A stretch of 40,253 nucleotides of DNA from IMG/VR virus record IMGVR_UViG_2740892426_000004, positions 1 to 40,253 of that record; one strand, given 5' to 3'. Every line of letters begins with the position of its first letter. Positions within the stretch are counted from its first letter, which is position 1. The position numbers and the translations under genes were made by a program. This stretch comes from a virus. Lineage: Duplodnaviria; Heunggongvirae; Uroviricota; Caudoviricetes. Of this stretch, positions 1-8,249 are shown in pieces. The notes under the pieces were generated by a model. That model searched no databases. It was not told the DNA's origin and saw only the letters and a program-made list of their open reading frames with translations.

Positions 1-1248
1 ATGGCACTGAATATTCCATTCAGAAATGCGTACTATCGTTTTGCATCCAGTTACTCATTTCTCTTTTTTATTTCCTGGTCGCTGTGGTGGTCATTATACG
101 CTATTTGGCTGAAAGGACATCTAGGGTTGACAGGGACGGAATTAGGTACACTTTATTCGGTCAACCAGTTTACCAGCATTCTATTTATGATGTTCTACGG
201 CATCGTTCAGGATAAACTCGGTCTGAAGAAACCGCTCATCTGGTGTATGAGTTTCATCTTGGTCTTGACCGGACCGTTTATGATTTACGTTTATGAACCG
301 TTACTGCAAAGCAATTTTTCTGTAGGTTTAATTCTGGGTGCGCTCTTTTTTGGTCTGGGGTATCTGGCGGGATGCGGTTTGCTTGACAGCTTCACCGAAA
401 AAATGGCGCGAAATTTTCATTTCGAATATGGAACAGCGCGCGCCTGGGGATCTTTTGGCTATGCTATTGGCGCATTCTTTGCTGGCATATTTTTTAGTAT
501 CAGTCCCCATATCAACTTCTGGTTGGTCTCTCTATTTGGCGCTGTATTTATGATGATCAACATGCGTTTTAAAGATCAGGAACACCAGTGCGTAGCGGCG
601 GATGTGGGAGGGGTAAAAAAAGAGGATTTTATCGCAGTTTTCAAGGATCGAAACTTCTGGGTTTTCGTCATATTTATTGTGGGGACGTGGTCTTTCTATA
701 ACATTTTTGATCAACAACTCTTTCCTGTCTTTTATGCAGGTTTATTCGAATCACACGATGTAGGAACGCGCCTGTATGGTTATCTCAACTCATTCCAGGT
801 GGTACTCGAAGCGCTGTGCATGGCGATTATTCCTTTCTTTGTGAATCGGGTAGGGCCAAAAAATGCATTACTTATCGGTGTTGTGATTATGGCGTTGCGT
901 ATCCTTTCCTGCGCGCTATTCGTTAACCCCTGGATTATTTCATTAGTGAAGCTGTTACATGCCATTGAGGTTCCACTTTGTGTCATATCCGTCTTCAAAT
1001 ACAGCGTGGCAAATTTTGATAAGCGCCTGTCGTCGACGATCTTTCTGATTGGTTTTCAAATTGCCAGTTCGTTGGGGATTGTGCTGCTTTCAACGCCGAC
1101 TGGGATACTCTTTGACCACGCAGGCTACCAGACGGTTTTTTTCGCAATTTCGGGTATTGTCTGCCTGATGTTGCTATTTGGCATTTTCTTCCTGAGTAAA
1201 AAACGTGAGCAAATAGTGATGGAAACGCCAGTACCTTCAGCAATATAA
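1..1248 (+). CDS. cscB: LacY-family sugar:H+ symporter, sucrose permease CscB-like (host flank)
   Basis: 415-aa ORF starting at pos 1; polytopic membrane protein with LacY-like motifs; recalled near-identity to E. coli CscB; stop TAA 1246-1248. Confidence 0.8.
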   Translation: MALNIPFRNAYYRFASSYSFLFFISWSLWWSLYAIWLKGHLGLTGTELGTLYSVNQFTSILFMMFYGIVQDKLGLKKPLIWCMSFILVLTGPFMIYVYEPLLQSNFSVGLILGALFFGLGYLAGCGLLDSFTEKMARNFHFEYGTARAWGSFGYAIGAFFAGIFFSISPHINFWLVSLFGAVFMMINMRFKDQEHQCVAADVGGVKKEDFIAVFKDRNFWVFVIFIVGTWSFYNIFDQQLFPVFYAGLFESHDVGTRLYGYLNSFQVVLEALCMAIIPFFVNRVGPKNALLIGVVIMALRILSCALFVNPWIISLVKLLHAIEVPLCVISVFKYSVANFDKRLSSTIFLIGFQIASSLGIVLLSTPTGILFDHAGYQTVFFAISGIVCLMLLFGIFFLSKKREQIVMETPVPSAI

Positions 1249-1255
1249 ACGTAAA

Positions 1256-1301
1256 CTTTTTCCGGTTGTTGTCGATAGCTCTATATCCCTCAACCGGAAA
1301 A
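1256..1301 (+). other. inverted repeat downstream of cscB (TTTCCGGTTG ... CAACCGGAAA), possible transcription stop or REP-like element
   Basis: 10-bp perfect inverted repeat with 23-nt loop immediately after cscB stop. Confidence 0.3.
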
Positions 1302-1686
1302 TAATAATACCAAAATGCTTAGCCCTGCTAATAATCGCCTAATCCAAACGCCTCATTCATGTTCTGGTACAGTCGCTCAAATGTACTCCGGATACACGGC
1401 TCGCTGATTTCCAGGGCATTGTCGTAATTCAGCGACCTGTCCCGTGTATCACGGGCCTGCGAATTCATCAAGGAAAGCATTGTGGAGTGAAGTATCAAGT
1501 CACGCCATATTTCGCGATCAGGATTGTGTGTGATGGTTACATCGCCCAGCCCAGGGCTGTTTAGTCATCAGCGTTTTCTGACCGTGTTGAGATTTCAACC
1601 TGTTGCAGGAAAAATGAGTAGATAGGGCAAATGTGCTGCCAAACTTATCTTTTACGGGGTGAAGGTAGATATCGTTTGAAGGGTAT

Positions 1687-1702
1687 CTGGTGTCCCCTGC
1701 AG
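1687..1702 (-). other. putative attR core: displaced tRNA 3' end (minus strand CTGCAGGGGACACCA-G)
   Basis: Minus-strand sequence is a tRNA T-stem 3' half plus acceptor 3' strand ending ACCA, 73 bp beyond the torI stop; matches my recollection of the argW 3' end. Confidence 0.5.
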
Positions 1703-1775
1703 ACATCTACTTGAGGCAGCAGGGGATTGATTGGAATGGTATTTTTTAGATGTGAAAAATATTTTACCCGCTATT

Positions 1776-1976
1776 TTACCCATCGGCGCGGCTTAAGAGC
1801 TTATTTTTGAACTCACAATGGTCACGATATAACCACCTTGCTCGCCCGTGGATAACTTTGGCTTTTGGCAGGTCGCCGGACTTAATCCGGTCATAGATGA
1901 AGGTTTTACCGAAGCCAGTATCGGCCATGATGAATTTCAAATCAACCAGTGAATCAGGCTGTAGTTCGTGTTGCAT
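1776..1976 (-). CDS. torI: AlpA-family excisionase / recombination directionality factor TorI
   Basis: 66-aa ORF MQHELQPDSLVDLKFIMADTGFGKTFIYDRIKSGDLPKAK...; recalled identity to KplE1 TorI; GGAG RBS 9 nt upstream. Confidence 0.85.
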   Translation of the reverse strand: MQHELQPDSLVDLKFIMADTGFGKTFIYDRIKSGDLPKAKVIHGRARWLYRDHCEFKNKLLSRADG

Positions 1977-1985
1977 GAGTGCTAT

Positions 1986-2002
1986 CTCCGAATAGGGAAT
2001 CG
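1986..2002 (-). other. tRNA T-arm-like segment (minus strand TTTGCAGGTTCGATTCC) immediately upstream of torI
   Basis: Contains canonical T-loop GGTTCGATTCC; together with 1687-1702 would reconstitute a complete tRNA T-arm and acceptor 3' end. Confidence 0.45.
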
Positions 2003-2011
2003 AACCTGCAA

Positions 2012-2032
2012 ATCAGGCAATAAAAAAACCGC
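2012..2032 (-). terminator. rho-independent terminator upstream of torI
   Basis: Minus strand CCGCA-TCAA-TGCGG hairpin followed by TTTTTTT. Confidence 0.55.
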
Positions 2033-2099
2033 ATTGATGCGGCAATGGCAGGTCTGGATATCTTGAGAAATGAACAGGCCTCATCGAGTGTGAGGCGGG

Positions 2100-2444
2100 T
2101 TAGTCCTTGCGTAGCTCGCTGATTCTTCTGTAAGTCTCTGGTGCTTTGTTCCCGTACGTCTTCATTTCAGACTTCAACAGAGCAACGAGGGAATCCCATT
2201 CGTTGAGGATTCCTTTGAATGCCGGAACGCGCTTTGCAACCTTGTTGAATGAATCTCTGATTTCTGGAATCTGCTCAACAAGTGCAACGCATCGCCGAAA
2301 GTCTGCTGCGTCATGGGGAGCGCCGAAGTGATGACCATAGATATTCTTTTTCAGTCCACATGCGATTGAGGCAAGAGTTGCGCTACTGATGCCGACATCG
2401 CCAGTTGATTGCCATTTCAAAACCTTCATAGCCAAATCTGACAT
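2100..2444 (-). CDS. hypothetical prophage protein (114 aa)
   Basis: ORF in track 2100..2471; start moved to MSDLAMKV (ATG 2444) because upstream Met lies inside a terminator hairpin; GGAG RBS 7 nt upstream. Confidence 0.5.
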   Translation of the reverse strand: MSDLAMKVLKWQSTGDVGISSATLASIACGLKKNIYGHHFGAPHDAADFRRCVALVEQIPEIRDSFNKVAKRVPAFKGILNEWDSLVALLKSEMKTYGNKAPETYRRISELRKD

Positions 2445-2457
2445 TTCTTGTCTCCAA

Positions 2458-2478
2458 TAAAAAACCGCCATCAGGCGG
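2458..2478 (-). terminator. rho-independent terminator between two small early-left genes
   Basis: Minus strand CCGCC-TGAT-GGCGG hairpin followed by TTTTTTT, then RBS of next gene. Confidence 0.55.
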
Positions 2479-2638
2479 ATTGGTGTTCTTTCAGTTCTTC
2501 AATTCGAATATTGGTTACGTCTGCATGCGCTATCTGCGCCCATATCATCCAGTGGTTATAGCAGTCGTTGATGTCCTCTGCTTCGATAACCCTGTCGAAT
2601 GGCTCTCCATTCCATTCACCTGTGACTCGGAAGTGCAT
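2471..2638 (-). CDS. hypothetical small protein (55 aa)
   Basis: ORF MHFRVTGEWNGEPFDRVIEAEDINDCYNHWMIWAQIAHADVTNIRIEELKEHQSA with GGAG RBS 7 nt upstream; below 60-aa cutoff of ORF track. Confidence 0.4.
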   Translation of the reverse strand: MHFRVTGEWNGEPFDRVIEAEDINDCYNHWMIWAQIAHADVTNIRIEELKEHQSA

Positions 2639-2645
2639 TTATCAT

Positions 2646-2676
2646 CTCCATAAAACAAAACTCGCCGTAGCGAGTT
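2646..2676 (-). terminator. candidate rho-independent terminator
   Basis: Minus strand AACTCGC-TACG-GCGAGTT hairpin followed by TTGTTTTAT. Confidence 0.4.
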
Positions 2677-2756
2677 CAGATAAAAGAAATCCCCGCGAGT
2701 TCGAGGATTGTTATTCATTGCCGATATTCACCTTTATCGCGAACACCTTTACCGGT

Positions 2757-2999
2757 TTATCTCCTTTGCATAGCACGTAATTTTTTCAGATGGTTCTCCT
2801 GTTCTGTTTCAGCCAGGATCTGGTGATATTCTCTGTGATCAATGTGTTCGAATAAATTATTGAATTTTCTGATGCACACTCTTCCAGGATAGCCATCCAT
2901 CCTCTTGAAGAATACTGAGTGATCAGTACTACGAATGATTTTTACTGGATAGCCAGCGCTATCGGTGTATATCTGACCACGTTGAATCAGAGAGAACAT
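2757..2999 (-). CDS. hypothetical prophage protein (80 aa)
   Basis: ORF with ATG at 2999; no recognisable motif. Confidence 0.5.
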   Translation of the reverse strand: MFSLIQRGQIYTDSAGYPVKIIRSTDHSVFFKRMDGYPGRVCIRKFNNLFEHIDHREYHQILAETEQENHLKKLRAMQRR

Positions 3000-3065
3000 T
3001 CGTTTATCCCCAGATAAAAATATAGCAATACCAATTACATAAAATACTTCAGGCCAAGCATCATT

Positions 3066-3707
3066 TCACCCCTGCGGCGGTTCTGGCAGCGGCATCCAGT
3101 GGGTTACACCGTCAATTGGTTCGTCGTCGTCGTACTCCAATGCGGCCATATAGAACCCGTCACGACGAGAATAAGAAATCCCTGACATTACAATGCCATC
3201 CGAAACAACAATAATGTCACCCGTTTCTTCCGGCATTCGCTCACTACAGCTTATCCAACCATCCGGAATTACCGGAGAGTTGCCGGGTTCTTTAATGTGC
3301 AAGCGAGGCTCACCATCTTTTGGCTCAGGCCACTGGCGCTCCATGTTGATCTTCAATTTATCTTCCATAGCAGCGGTAATTTCAGCATCGCTGATGCCAG
3401 CACGGCGCTGTGCATCCCACAACAGGAACTGCATATCAGCCCACTCGCTGAGATCGTCAGGTTCGGCTGCGGCTTCCAGAGCCTCTTTTGAGAGGTGTTT
3501 CAGTGGACCAATGGGGCCAACGCAGCCAAATGTGGAGTCAGACCATTTGGCATGCTCGTGGCGAATCTGTTCGCGTTCCAGCGATGCCAGAGCAATTCGT
3601 GCCAGTTCTTCCGCTTCTTCTGCTGGCAGTACAACGTTGCTACCAGGTCCGTATGTTTCGCGCCACTGCTTGATTGTCAGCAGTCGCTCTTTGGTAATAG
3701 TTGTCAT
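3066..3707 (-). CDS. DUF550/DUF551-like prophage protein (213 aa)
   Basis: C-terminus ...THWMPLPEPPQG resembles DUF551 signature common in enterobacterial prophage early regions; ATGA overlap with upstream gene. Confidence 0.6.
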   Translation of the reverse strand: MTTITKERLLTIKQWRETYGPGSNVVLPAEEAEELARIALASLEREQIRHEHAKWSDSTFGCVGPIGPLKHLSKEALEAAAEPDDLSEWADMQFLLWDAQRRAGISDAEITAAMEDKLKINMERQWPEPKDGEPRLHIKEPGNSPVIPDGWISCSERMPEETGDIIVVSDGIVMSGISYSRRDGFYMAALEYDDDEPIDGVTHWMPLPEPPQG

Positions 3708-4219
3708 GCCGCGTTTCCTTCTTTCTTATTAACAATTACACCGTCATATATTTCATTAAGGTGCCCTCTCAACTCCATGCGCCTTAATGCAGATAACATG
3801 TAATCGCATTCAACCTGCTTATTTCCAGTAAATGGCTTATCGTCAGGATTACCCCAACAGCAATTGCCCTTTGGCCACCCATGTACTTTCCGTACTCTTC
3901 CGTTAACAACGTGAAGTAATCCCCAGCCAGGTGGTAAATCCTCAATTGAAATAATCCCCGGCTCACTAATAAAGAATCGCCAGTCGCCCATTCCAAGAGA
4001 CGGATTTTTACGAAAACGCTTTTTTCTATCTGCCAACAAGTCAGCACGAGAACACTTCGCCTCTATCAGGCATGATGCTGAATTTCTGAATCCCATAGCA
4101 TCTGGCTGTTCTCCGGTACTGGTTACAGCTATAAAGCGGTCATGAAAACAAACCTTGAACCCGTTGCGCTTAAGGAACTTGTACGCAATCTGACAGAGTT
4201 CGCTGTGTGTTAACGCCAT
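3704..4219 (-). CDS. hypothetical protein with PD-(D/E)xK-like motif (putative nuclease, 171 aa)
   Basis: Motif GEQPD...(23 aa)...LIEAKCS; strong AGGAG RBS; function not established. Confidence 0.5.
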   Translation of the reverse strand: MALTHSELCQIAYKFLKRNGFKVCFHDRFIAVTSTGEQPDAMGFRNSASCLIEAKCSRADLLADRKKRFRKNPSLGMGDWRFFISEPGIISIEDLPPGWGLLHVVNGRVRKVHGWPKGNCCWGNPDDKPFTGNKQVECDYMLSALRRMELRGHLNEIYDGVIVNKKEGNAA

Positions 4220-4220
4220 A

Positions 4221-4949
4221 TCACTCTCCTTTCCCCTGAAGCATGGCGTTGCTCCGCTCTATACCATCCAGCGCGATTCGCAGTGCCTGAATTGTGGTAA
4301 TGCTATCGTTTGGGGCTATTCCATATCGCTCGAATACAGCGATATGACCGCGCATAATCTCAGGCGTAAGCTCTTTGTAAGCATAAGCAAGCGACCCTGA
4401 TGCATTATCCGGCACTACCGGCGATGGCTGTTTAGCTTCTAAATCAGCTATTCTGTCAACCACGGCATCGACAGCATCTGAAAAGCCGAACCAGTTGCTC
4501 CACTCCGGCCTGTTACCGGTTGCTGCAAAGTACATATCATCTAAAGCAGACTCAGCATGGTCACGCTCATTGATGAGTTGCTCTTCGCTTTTCTCCAGTT
4601 CAGCAATACGCTTACTTCCATCCGAGATAACACCTTCGTAATACTCACGCTGCTCGTTGAGTTTTGATTTTGCCGACTCCAGTTGTTTTGTTAGTTCCGC
4701 AATACGGCAAACATCGTTGATACGCGTTTCCTCTAATGCGTTGATCTCATCCAGTAGTGCCAAAGCAACCTTTGGATTAAAGGCAGCAATAAATTCAGCG
4801 TTGTTTTTCAGAACGTGTTGCGCAATGGCCTGACTACTTAGTCGGACCTCATAACCACGTGCGCCACGGTGTGGTTTATATGAGTCCCAGTCTCCCCACG
4901 TTGCTTTCTCTGCCGCCTCACGCAGTGCCTGGTAATTAATTTTGGTCAT
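4221..4949 (-). CDS. hypothetical coiled-coil protein, possibly Ead/Ea22-like (242 aa)
   Basis: Long ORF with central heptad-rich region; position and size typical of Ea22-like early-left proteins. Confidence 0.5.
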   Translation of the reverse strand: MTKINYQALREAAEKATWGDWDSYKPHRGARGYEVRLSSQAIAQHVLKNNAEFIAAFNPKVALALLDEINALEETRINDVCRIAELTKQLESAKSKLNEQREYYEGVISDGSKRIAELEKSEEQLINERDHAESALDDMYFAATGNRPEWSNWFGFSDAVDAVVDRIADLEAKQPSPVVPDNASGSLAYAYKELTPEIMRGHIAVFERYGIAPNDSITTIQALRIALDGIERSNAMLQGKGE

Positions 4950-4950
4950 A

Positions 4951-5250
4951 TCACATCACCCTGAAGCCGTTGCATTTACGTAAGAAATCGCAGATATAGC
5001 CCTTCATTTTTTCATGCCAATCTCGATCATTCCCATTGCACCAACCATCAGGTGGAGTCCAGTTTTCTATCAGAGCAGCCATTTTCTTTGCTTTCGCCGG
5101 AGTAGCTGTTGCGGTATCGCAGTAATGACGAGTGTCAACAAACTTATCCATGCCATCGATATCAAGTACGCAAAACCATGTGTGATTCGGCATTTCAACA
5201 GATGGTATTTGTTGCCCACGTCGACGTTTATCAATAAGACATACAGTCAC
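4951..5250 (-). CDS. hypothetical protein (99 aa, GTG start)
   Basis: GTG start with AAGGAGG RBS 6 nt upstream; GTGA overlap with upstream gene. Confidence 0.5.
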   Translation of the reverse strand: MTVCLIDKRRRGQQIPSVEMPNHTWFCVLDIDGMDKFVDTRHYCDTATATPAKAKKMAALIENWTPPDGWCNGNDRDWHEKMKGYICDFLRKCNGFRVM

Positions 5251-5615
5251 TGGTTGCCTCCTTTACGTAGCTCGGCGGCAAAAGCTACTGCGTGATCATG
5301 ATGTTCAAGTGTGTATGCACACTCCGCAAACATCTCCACCCCCTGCGCCCGTACTTCAGCCAGGAAAGCATCGGTGGCTGGGGTTTCCGTGAAGTTGTCC
5401 TCCCAACCGTAGTACTCCTGACGACAGAAGTTATTAAATTCCTTCTCCGACTGTTTAAGCGCCGCATTCTCCGCTGCCAGCGCCGCGCACTTGGCCTCCG
5501 CTTCAGCAAATTTACGCACCAGATATTCAGCGTTTGTTTCGTTAACCTTTAAATCTCGTGGGATGCATTTACCTTTCAGAAATCCATCCATCTCAATTAG
5601 TGACATTTGTTTCAT
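5247..5615 (-). CDS. hypothetical protein (122 aa)
   Basis: Start placed at [12 protein letters not shown] (ATG 5615) giving ATGA overlap with upstream gene stop and GGAG RBS; track ORF 5247..5633. Confidence 0.5.
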   Translation of the reverse strand: MKQMSLIEMDGFLKGKCIPRDLKVNETNAEYLVRKFAEAEAKCAALAAENAALKQSEKEFNNFCRQEYYGWEDNFTETPATDAFLAEVRAQGVEMFAECAYTLEHHDHAVAFAAELRKGGNQ

Positions 5616-5776
5616 TTCTTCCCACTCCGCCACATCGCATTCAGATATTTGTTGTCATTAACAGAACCGAAACTCTTTCTCTTAAGCAATTCCTCTCTCG
5701 ATGGCATTGGCTTTACGCGTTGGCGAATAATCATTTCTGCCGGAAGAATGCCGGGATTGTATGCAAGTCCTCTCAT
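5612..5776 (-). CDS. hypothetical small protein (54 aa, start uncertain)
   Basis: Track ORF 5612..5929 overlaps neighbour; start MRGLAYNPG (ATG 5776) has GAGG RBS 8 nt upstream. Confidence 0.4.
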   Translation of the reverse strand: MRGLAYNPGILPAEMIIRQRVKPMPSREELLKRKSFGSVNDNKYLNAMWRSGKK

Positions 5777-5786
5777 GGTAAATTCC

Positions 5787-6083
5787 TCAGTCATTACTGA
5801 TAGCGCCATAGCGTGAGCGGTAATTACGCAGGCGCGGGTCGATATATTCAGGGAAGTGGGTATATGTGGCTTTGCGGAATGGTCGGATTGATGTCTGGTA
5901 AATTCGCTCGCGTTCTTCTTTCTCTGCAAGCCATACGCAGTGGCGAAATTCCTTTTCCTCTTTTGTTTCCTGCGGTAGCGACATTATCCGGTCGTAGTTT
6001 TTCCTGAATTTATCCAGCACCTCCGATACGGAATTGCCGGAACAGCGGTGCGGGTCATCCGCACCATACAGAGGCGCTGGCAT
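5787..6083 (-). CDS. hypothetical protein (98 aa)
   Basis: ORF with AAGGA RBS 8 nt upstream of ATG 6083. Confidence 0.5.
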   Translation of the reverse strand: MPAPLYGADDPHRCSGNSVSEVLDKFRKNYDRIMSLPQETKEEKEFRHCVWLAEKEERERIYQTSIRPFRKATYTHFPEYIDPRLRNYRSRYGAISND

Positions 6084-6106
6084 AATTAAATCCTTATTTT
6101 TCTGAA

Positions 6107-6490
6107 TCAGAATGGGATGGAATCGTCGTATACAGGGGTGTTCTGCTGGTTACTACTTTGCTGCTGCGGGCCATTTCCTGAAGCTGCAAATCCAATCTTT
6201 GCATTCAGTAATTCAAGAGTGATTGATTGACCATTTTGCCCCTGATAAACATCAACCCTGATGTTTTCTCCGGTAATTTCCACAATGCCACCTTCAACAA
6301 GAACACTACGGTAGTAATCCGCTTGCGCTCCCGGCTTGGCAAATACAACGGCGCTGTAGTTTGTCCATTCTTTCTTTTTTGTCTGGCGATCGTAATACTG
6401 AACGCCAGCACGGATGTTGAATCCGATATTTTCCCCGGCCTGAAACTCTCTTGCAGGTTTGTTTAGTCTTACAGTAATCGAATGTGCCAT
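6107..6490 (-). CDS. single-stranded DNA-binding protein-like (127 aa)
   Basis: C-terminal acidic tip ...VYDDSIPF typical of SSB; start ATG overlaps erf stop (TAATG); track ORF extends spuriously into erf. Confidence 0.6.
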   Translation of the reverse strand: MAHSITVRLNKPAREFQAGENIGFNIRAGVQYYDRQTKKKEWTNYSAVVFAKPGAQADYYRSVLVEGGIVEITGENIRVDVYQGQNGQSITLELLNAKIGFAASGNGPQQQSSNQQNTPVYDDSIPF

Positions 6491-7095
6491 TAAGCAGTCG
6501 CTCCTTCTAATTCGTCTCGTCTGATGTTGTAAACGTCCTGCGCTTTGTGCTGCTCCGGTGTGCCTTCGAGCATCTTCCACGCTTTGGCGAAAGCCTGTTT
6601 AAGCTCTTCTACGGTGTTTTTCTGCATTGCTGCGTCAGTGAATGCTTTTAGAACCTGTTCAGGTGTAGGTGATGGTTTTGATTGCTTTGCTGCTGCGTTC
6701 TGTTGATGTTTATGCTCGTCTGTATCTGCATCTTTCGCATCATCAATGCCGAACAAACCATTGAGGCAATACTTGCGTGCATAAGAGCTTGTAGCTCCCG
6801 TAACTTGTGCAGAATCCATTCCTTTCTTGCTTTCTTCCTCTCGTGCTAGTGCGGTTGCCGTATGACTGTTTTCGCCATCGGTAATAGTTGCCGTGGCTTT
6901 CACGTAATACCGATCACCAATCAACACAACTTCATCGCTGATTGATAAAAACAGGCCATTAAGCAGCGGCTTAACGCCTTCAAGAATATCTTCGCAGCTT
7001 CTGTATTTATATTTACCGAATGAGTTGTACTGATTCTTTGGCGCGTTCAGATTCTCCTGAATAGCTGCCAGTCTTGCGTAAAATTCTTTGCTCAT
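6490..7095 (-). CDS. erf: Erf-family single-strand annealing recombination protein
   Basis: MSKEFYARLAAIQENLNAPKNQYNSFGKYKYRSCEDILEGVKPLL... recalled high similarity to P22 Erf; start taken at MSKEF (ATG 7095). Confidence 0.85.
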   Translation of the reverse strand: MSKEFYARLAAIQENLNAPKNQYNSFGKYKYRSCEDILEGVKPLLNGLFLSISDEVVLIGDRYYVKATATITDGENSHTATALAREEESKKGMDSAQVTGATSSYARKYCLNGLFGIDDAKDADTDEHKHQQNAAAKQSKPSPTPEQVLKAFTDAAMQKNTVEELKQAFAKAWKMLEGTPEQHKAQDVYNIRRDELEGATA

Positions 7096-7193
7096 ATGAT
7101 TGTTCTCAGAATGGACATGGCCCAAGGAAATAACGCTGATTTAATACTTCTACTCGGGACAAATTAAGGCATACCCGCATTCCTTCGCGGTCG

Positions 7194-7355
7194 CCATTAT
7201 GGCGATACCAGAGAGCTTTCTGGGTGTACATGCGTCTCTGTAACTTGCTCTCCTTCACTGTGGTTGCAAGTGACATGAATATCTCCTTCGTTACCGATTA
7301 ATTCTTTCATCTGACGAATGAATTCTTCGTCTGACCAGTTATCTGTAAAACTCAT
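7194..7355 (-). CDS. hypothetical small protein (53 aa)
   Basis: ORF MSFTDNWSDEEFIRQMKELIGNEGDIHVTCNHSEGEQ... whose ATG overlaps the kil-like stop (ATGA); below track cutoff. Confidence 0.3.
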
Positions 7356-7504
7356 TTCCTGCGATACCATGGAAGGTTGATAGCTGATTTCATCGCTTTA
7401 TTTGCTTCAAGCCACATTTTTGAATCACCAATAAATCGGGCTATTACTGCTTTGTTTTGTGCAGCACGAAGCATCTGGTGATTAATGGCTATTTCATTGC
7501 GCAT
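7352..7504 (-). CDS. kil: Kil-like small protein (host cell-division inhibitor candidate, 50 aa)
   Basis: Small ORF MRNEIAINHQMLRAAQNKAVIARFIGDSKMW... overlapping cIII end as in lambda; FIGD motif recalled from lambda Kil; position in PL operon. Confidence 0.45.
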   Translation of the reverse strand: MRNEIAINHQMLRAAQNKAVIARFIGDSKMWLEANKAMKSAINLPWYRRK

Positions 7505-7623
7505 AACGCCTCCAGTTGTTTCTTTGCTGCTCTGATTAATTGTTTAACTCGGCGTGATAATTCAGATTCGTGCGGGTAGAAAGCGGACATGACGCCGCTA
7601 CCCGCGAGCTGAAAGTGCATCAT
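7489..7623 (-). CDS. cIII: CIII-like protein (FtsH inhibitor family)
   Basis: MMHFQLAGSGVMSAFYPHESELSRRVKQLIRAAKKQLEAL resembles lambda CIII core helix; AAGGAG RBS 6 nt upstream of ATG 7623; track ORF has upstream in-frame extension. Confidence 0.55.
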   Translation of the reverse strand: MMHFQLAGSGVMSAFYPHESELSRRVKQLIRAAKKQLEALCAMK

Positions 7624-7698
7624 GGGTAACTCCTTATATTTGATTGCATAACGAAAATGCCTCTCGTGAAGCATTATTGGTATGCGGTAAAGCCGCGC

Positions 7699-8067
7699 TC
7701 AGGCGGCTTTGATAGTCATATCATCTGAATCAAATATTCCTGATGTATCGATATCGGCAATTCTTATTCCTTCACTACCATCCATTGGAGGCCATCCTTC
7801 CTGACCATTTCCATCATCCCAGTCGAACTCACAAACAACACCATATGCATTTAAGTCTTTCGAAATTGCTATAAGCAGAGCATGTTGCGCCAGCATGATT
7901 AATACAGCATTTAATACAGCGCCGTGTTTATTGAGTCGGTATTCAGAGTCTGACCAGAAATTATTAATCTGGTGAAGTTTTTCCTCTGTCATTACGTCAT
8001 GGTCGATTTCAATTTCTATTGATGCTTTCCAGTCGTAATCAATGATGTATTTTTTGATGTTTGACAT
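7699..8067 (-). CDS. hypothetical early protein, Ea10-like position (122 aa)
   Basis: ORF between ral and cIII, same order and size as lambda ea10. Confidence 0.5.
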   Translation of the reverse strand: MSNIKKYIIDYDWKASIEIEIDHDVMTEEKLHQINNFWSDSEYRLNKHGAVLNAVLIMLAQHALLIAISKDLNAYGVVCEFDWDDGNGQEGWPPMDGSEGIRIADIDTSGIFDSDDMTIKAA

Positions 8068-8249
8068 CTATTCATATCCTCATAGATAAAAAATCGCCCT
8101 CACATTGGAGGGCAAAGAAGATTTCCAATAATCAGAACAAGTCGGCTCCTGTTTAGTTACGAGCGACATTGCTCCGTGTATTCACTCGTTGGAATGAATA
8201 CACAGTGCAGTGTTTATTCTGTTGTTTATGCCAAAAATAAAGGCCACCA

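Noticed and set aside
1518-1706. 62-aa minus-strand ORF
   Set aside because: Spans the putative attR core and host flank, no RBS, composition not protein-like.
3193-3732. 179-aa plus-strand ORF (and nested 3297-3491, 3488-3673, 3495-3803)
   Set aside because: All antisense to the DUF550/551-like gene on the minus strand, which has RBS and translational coupling; Ser/Arg-rich low-complexity translations.
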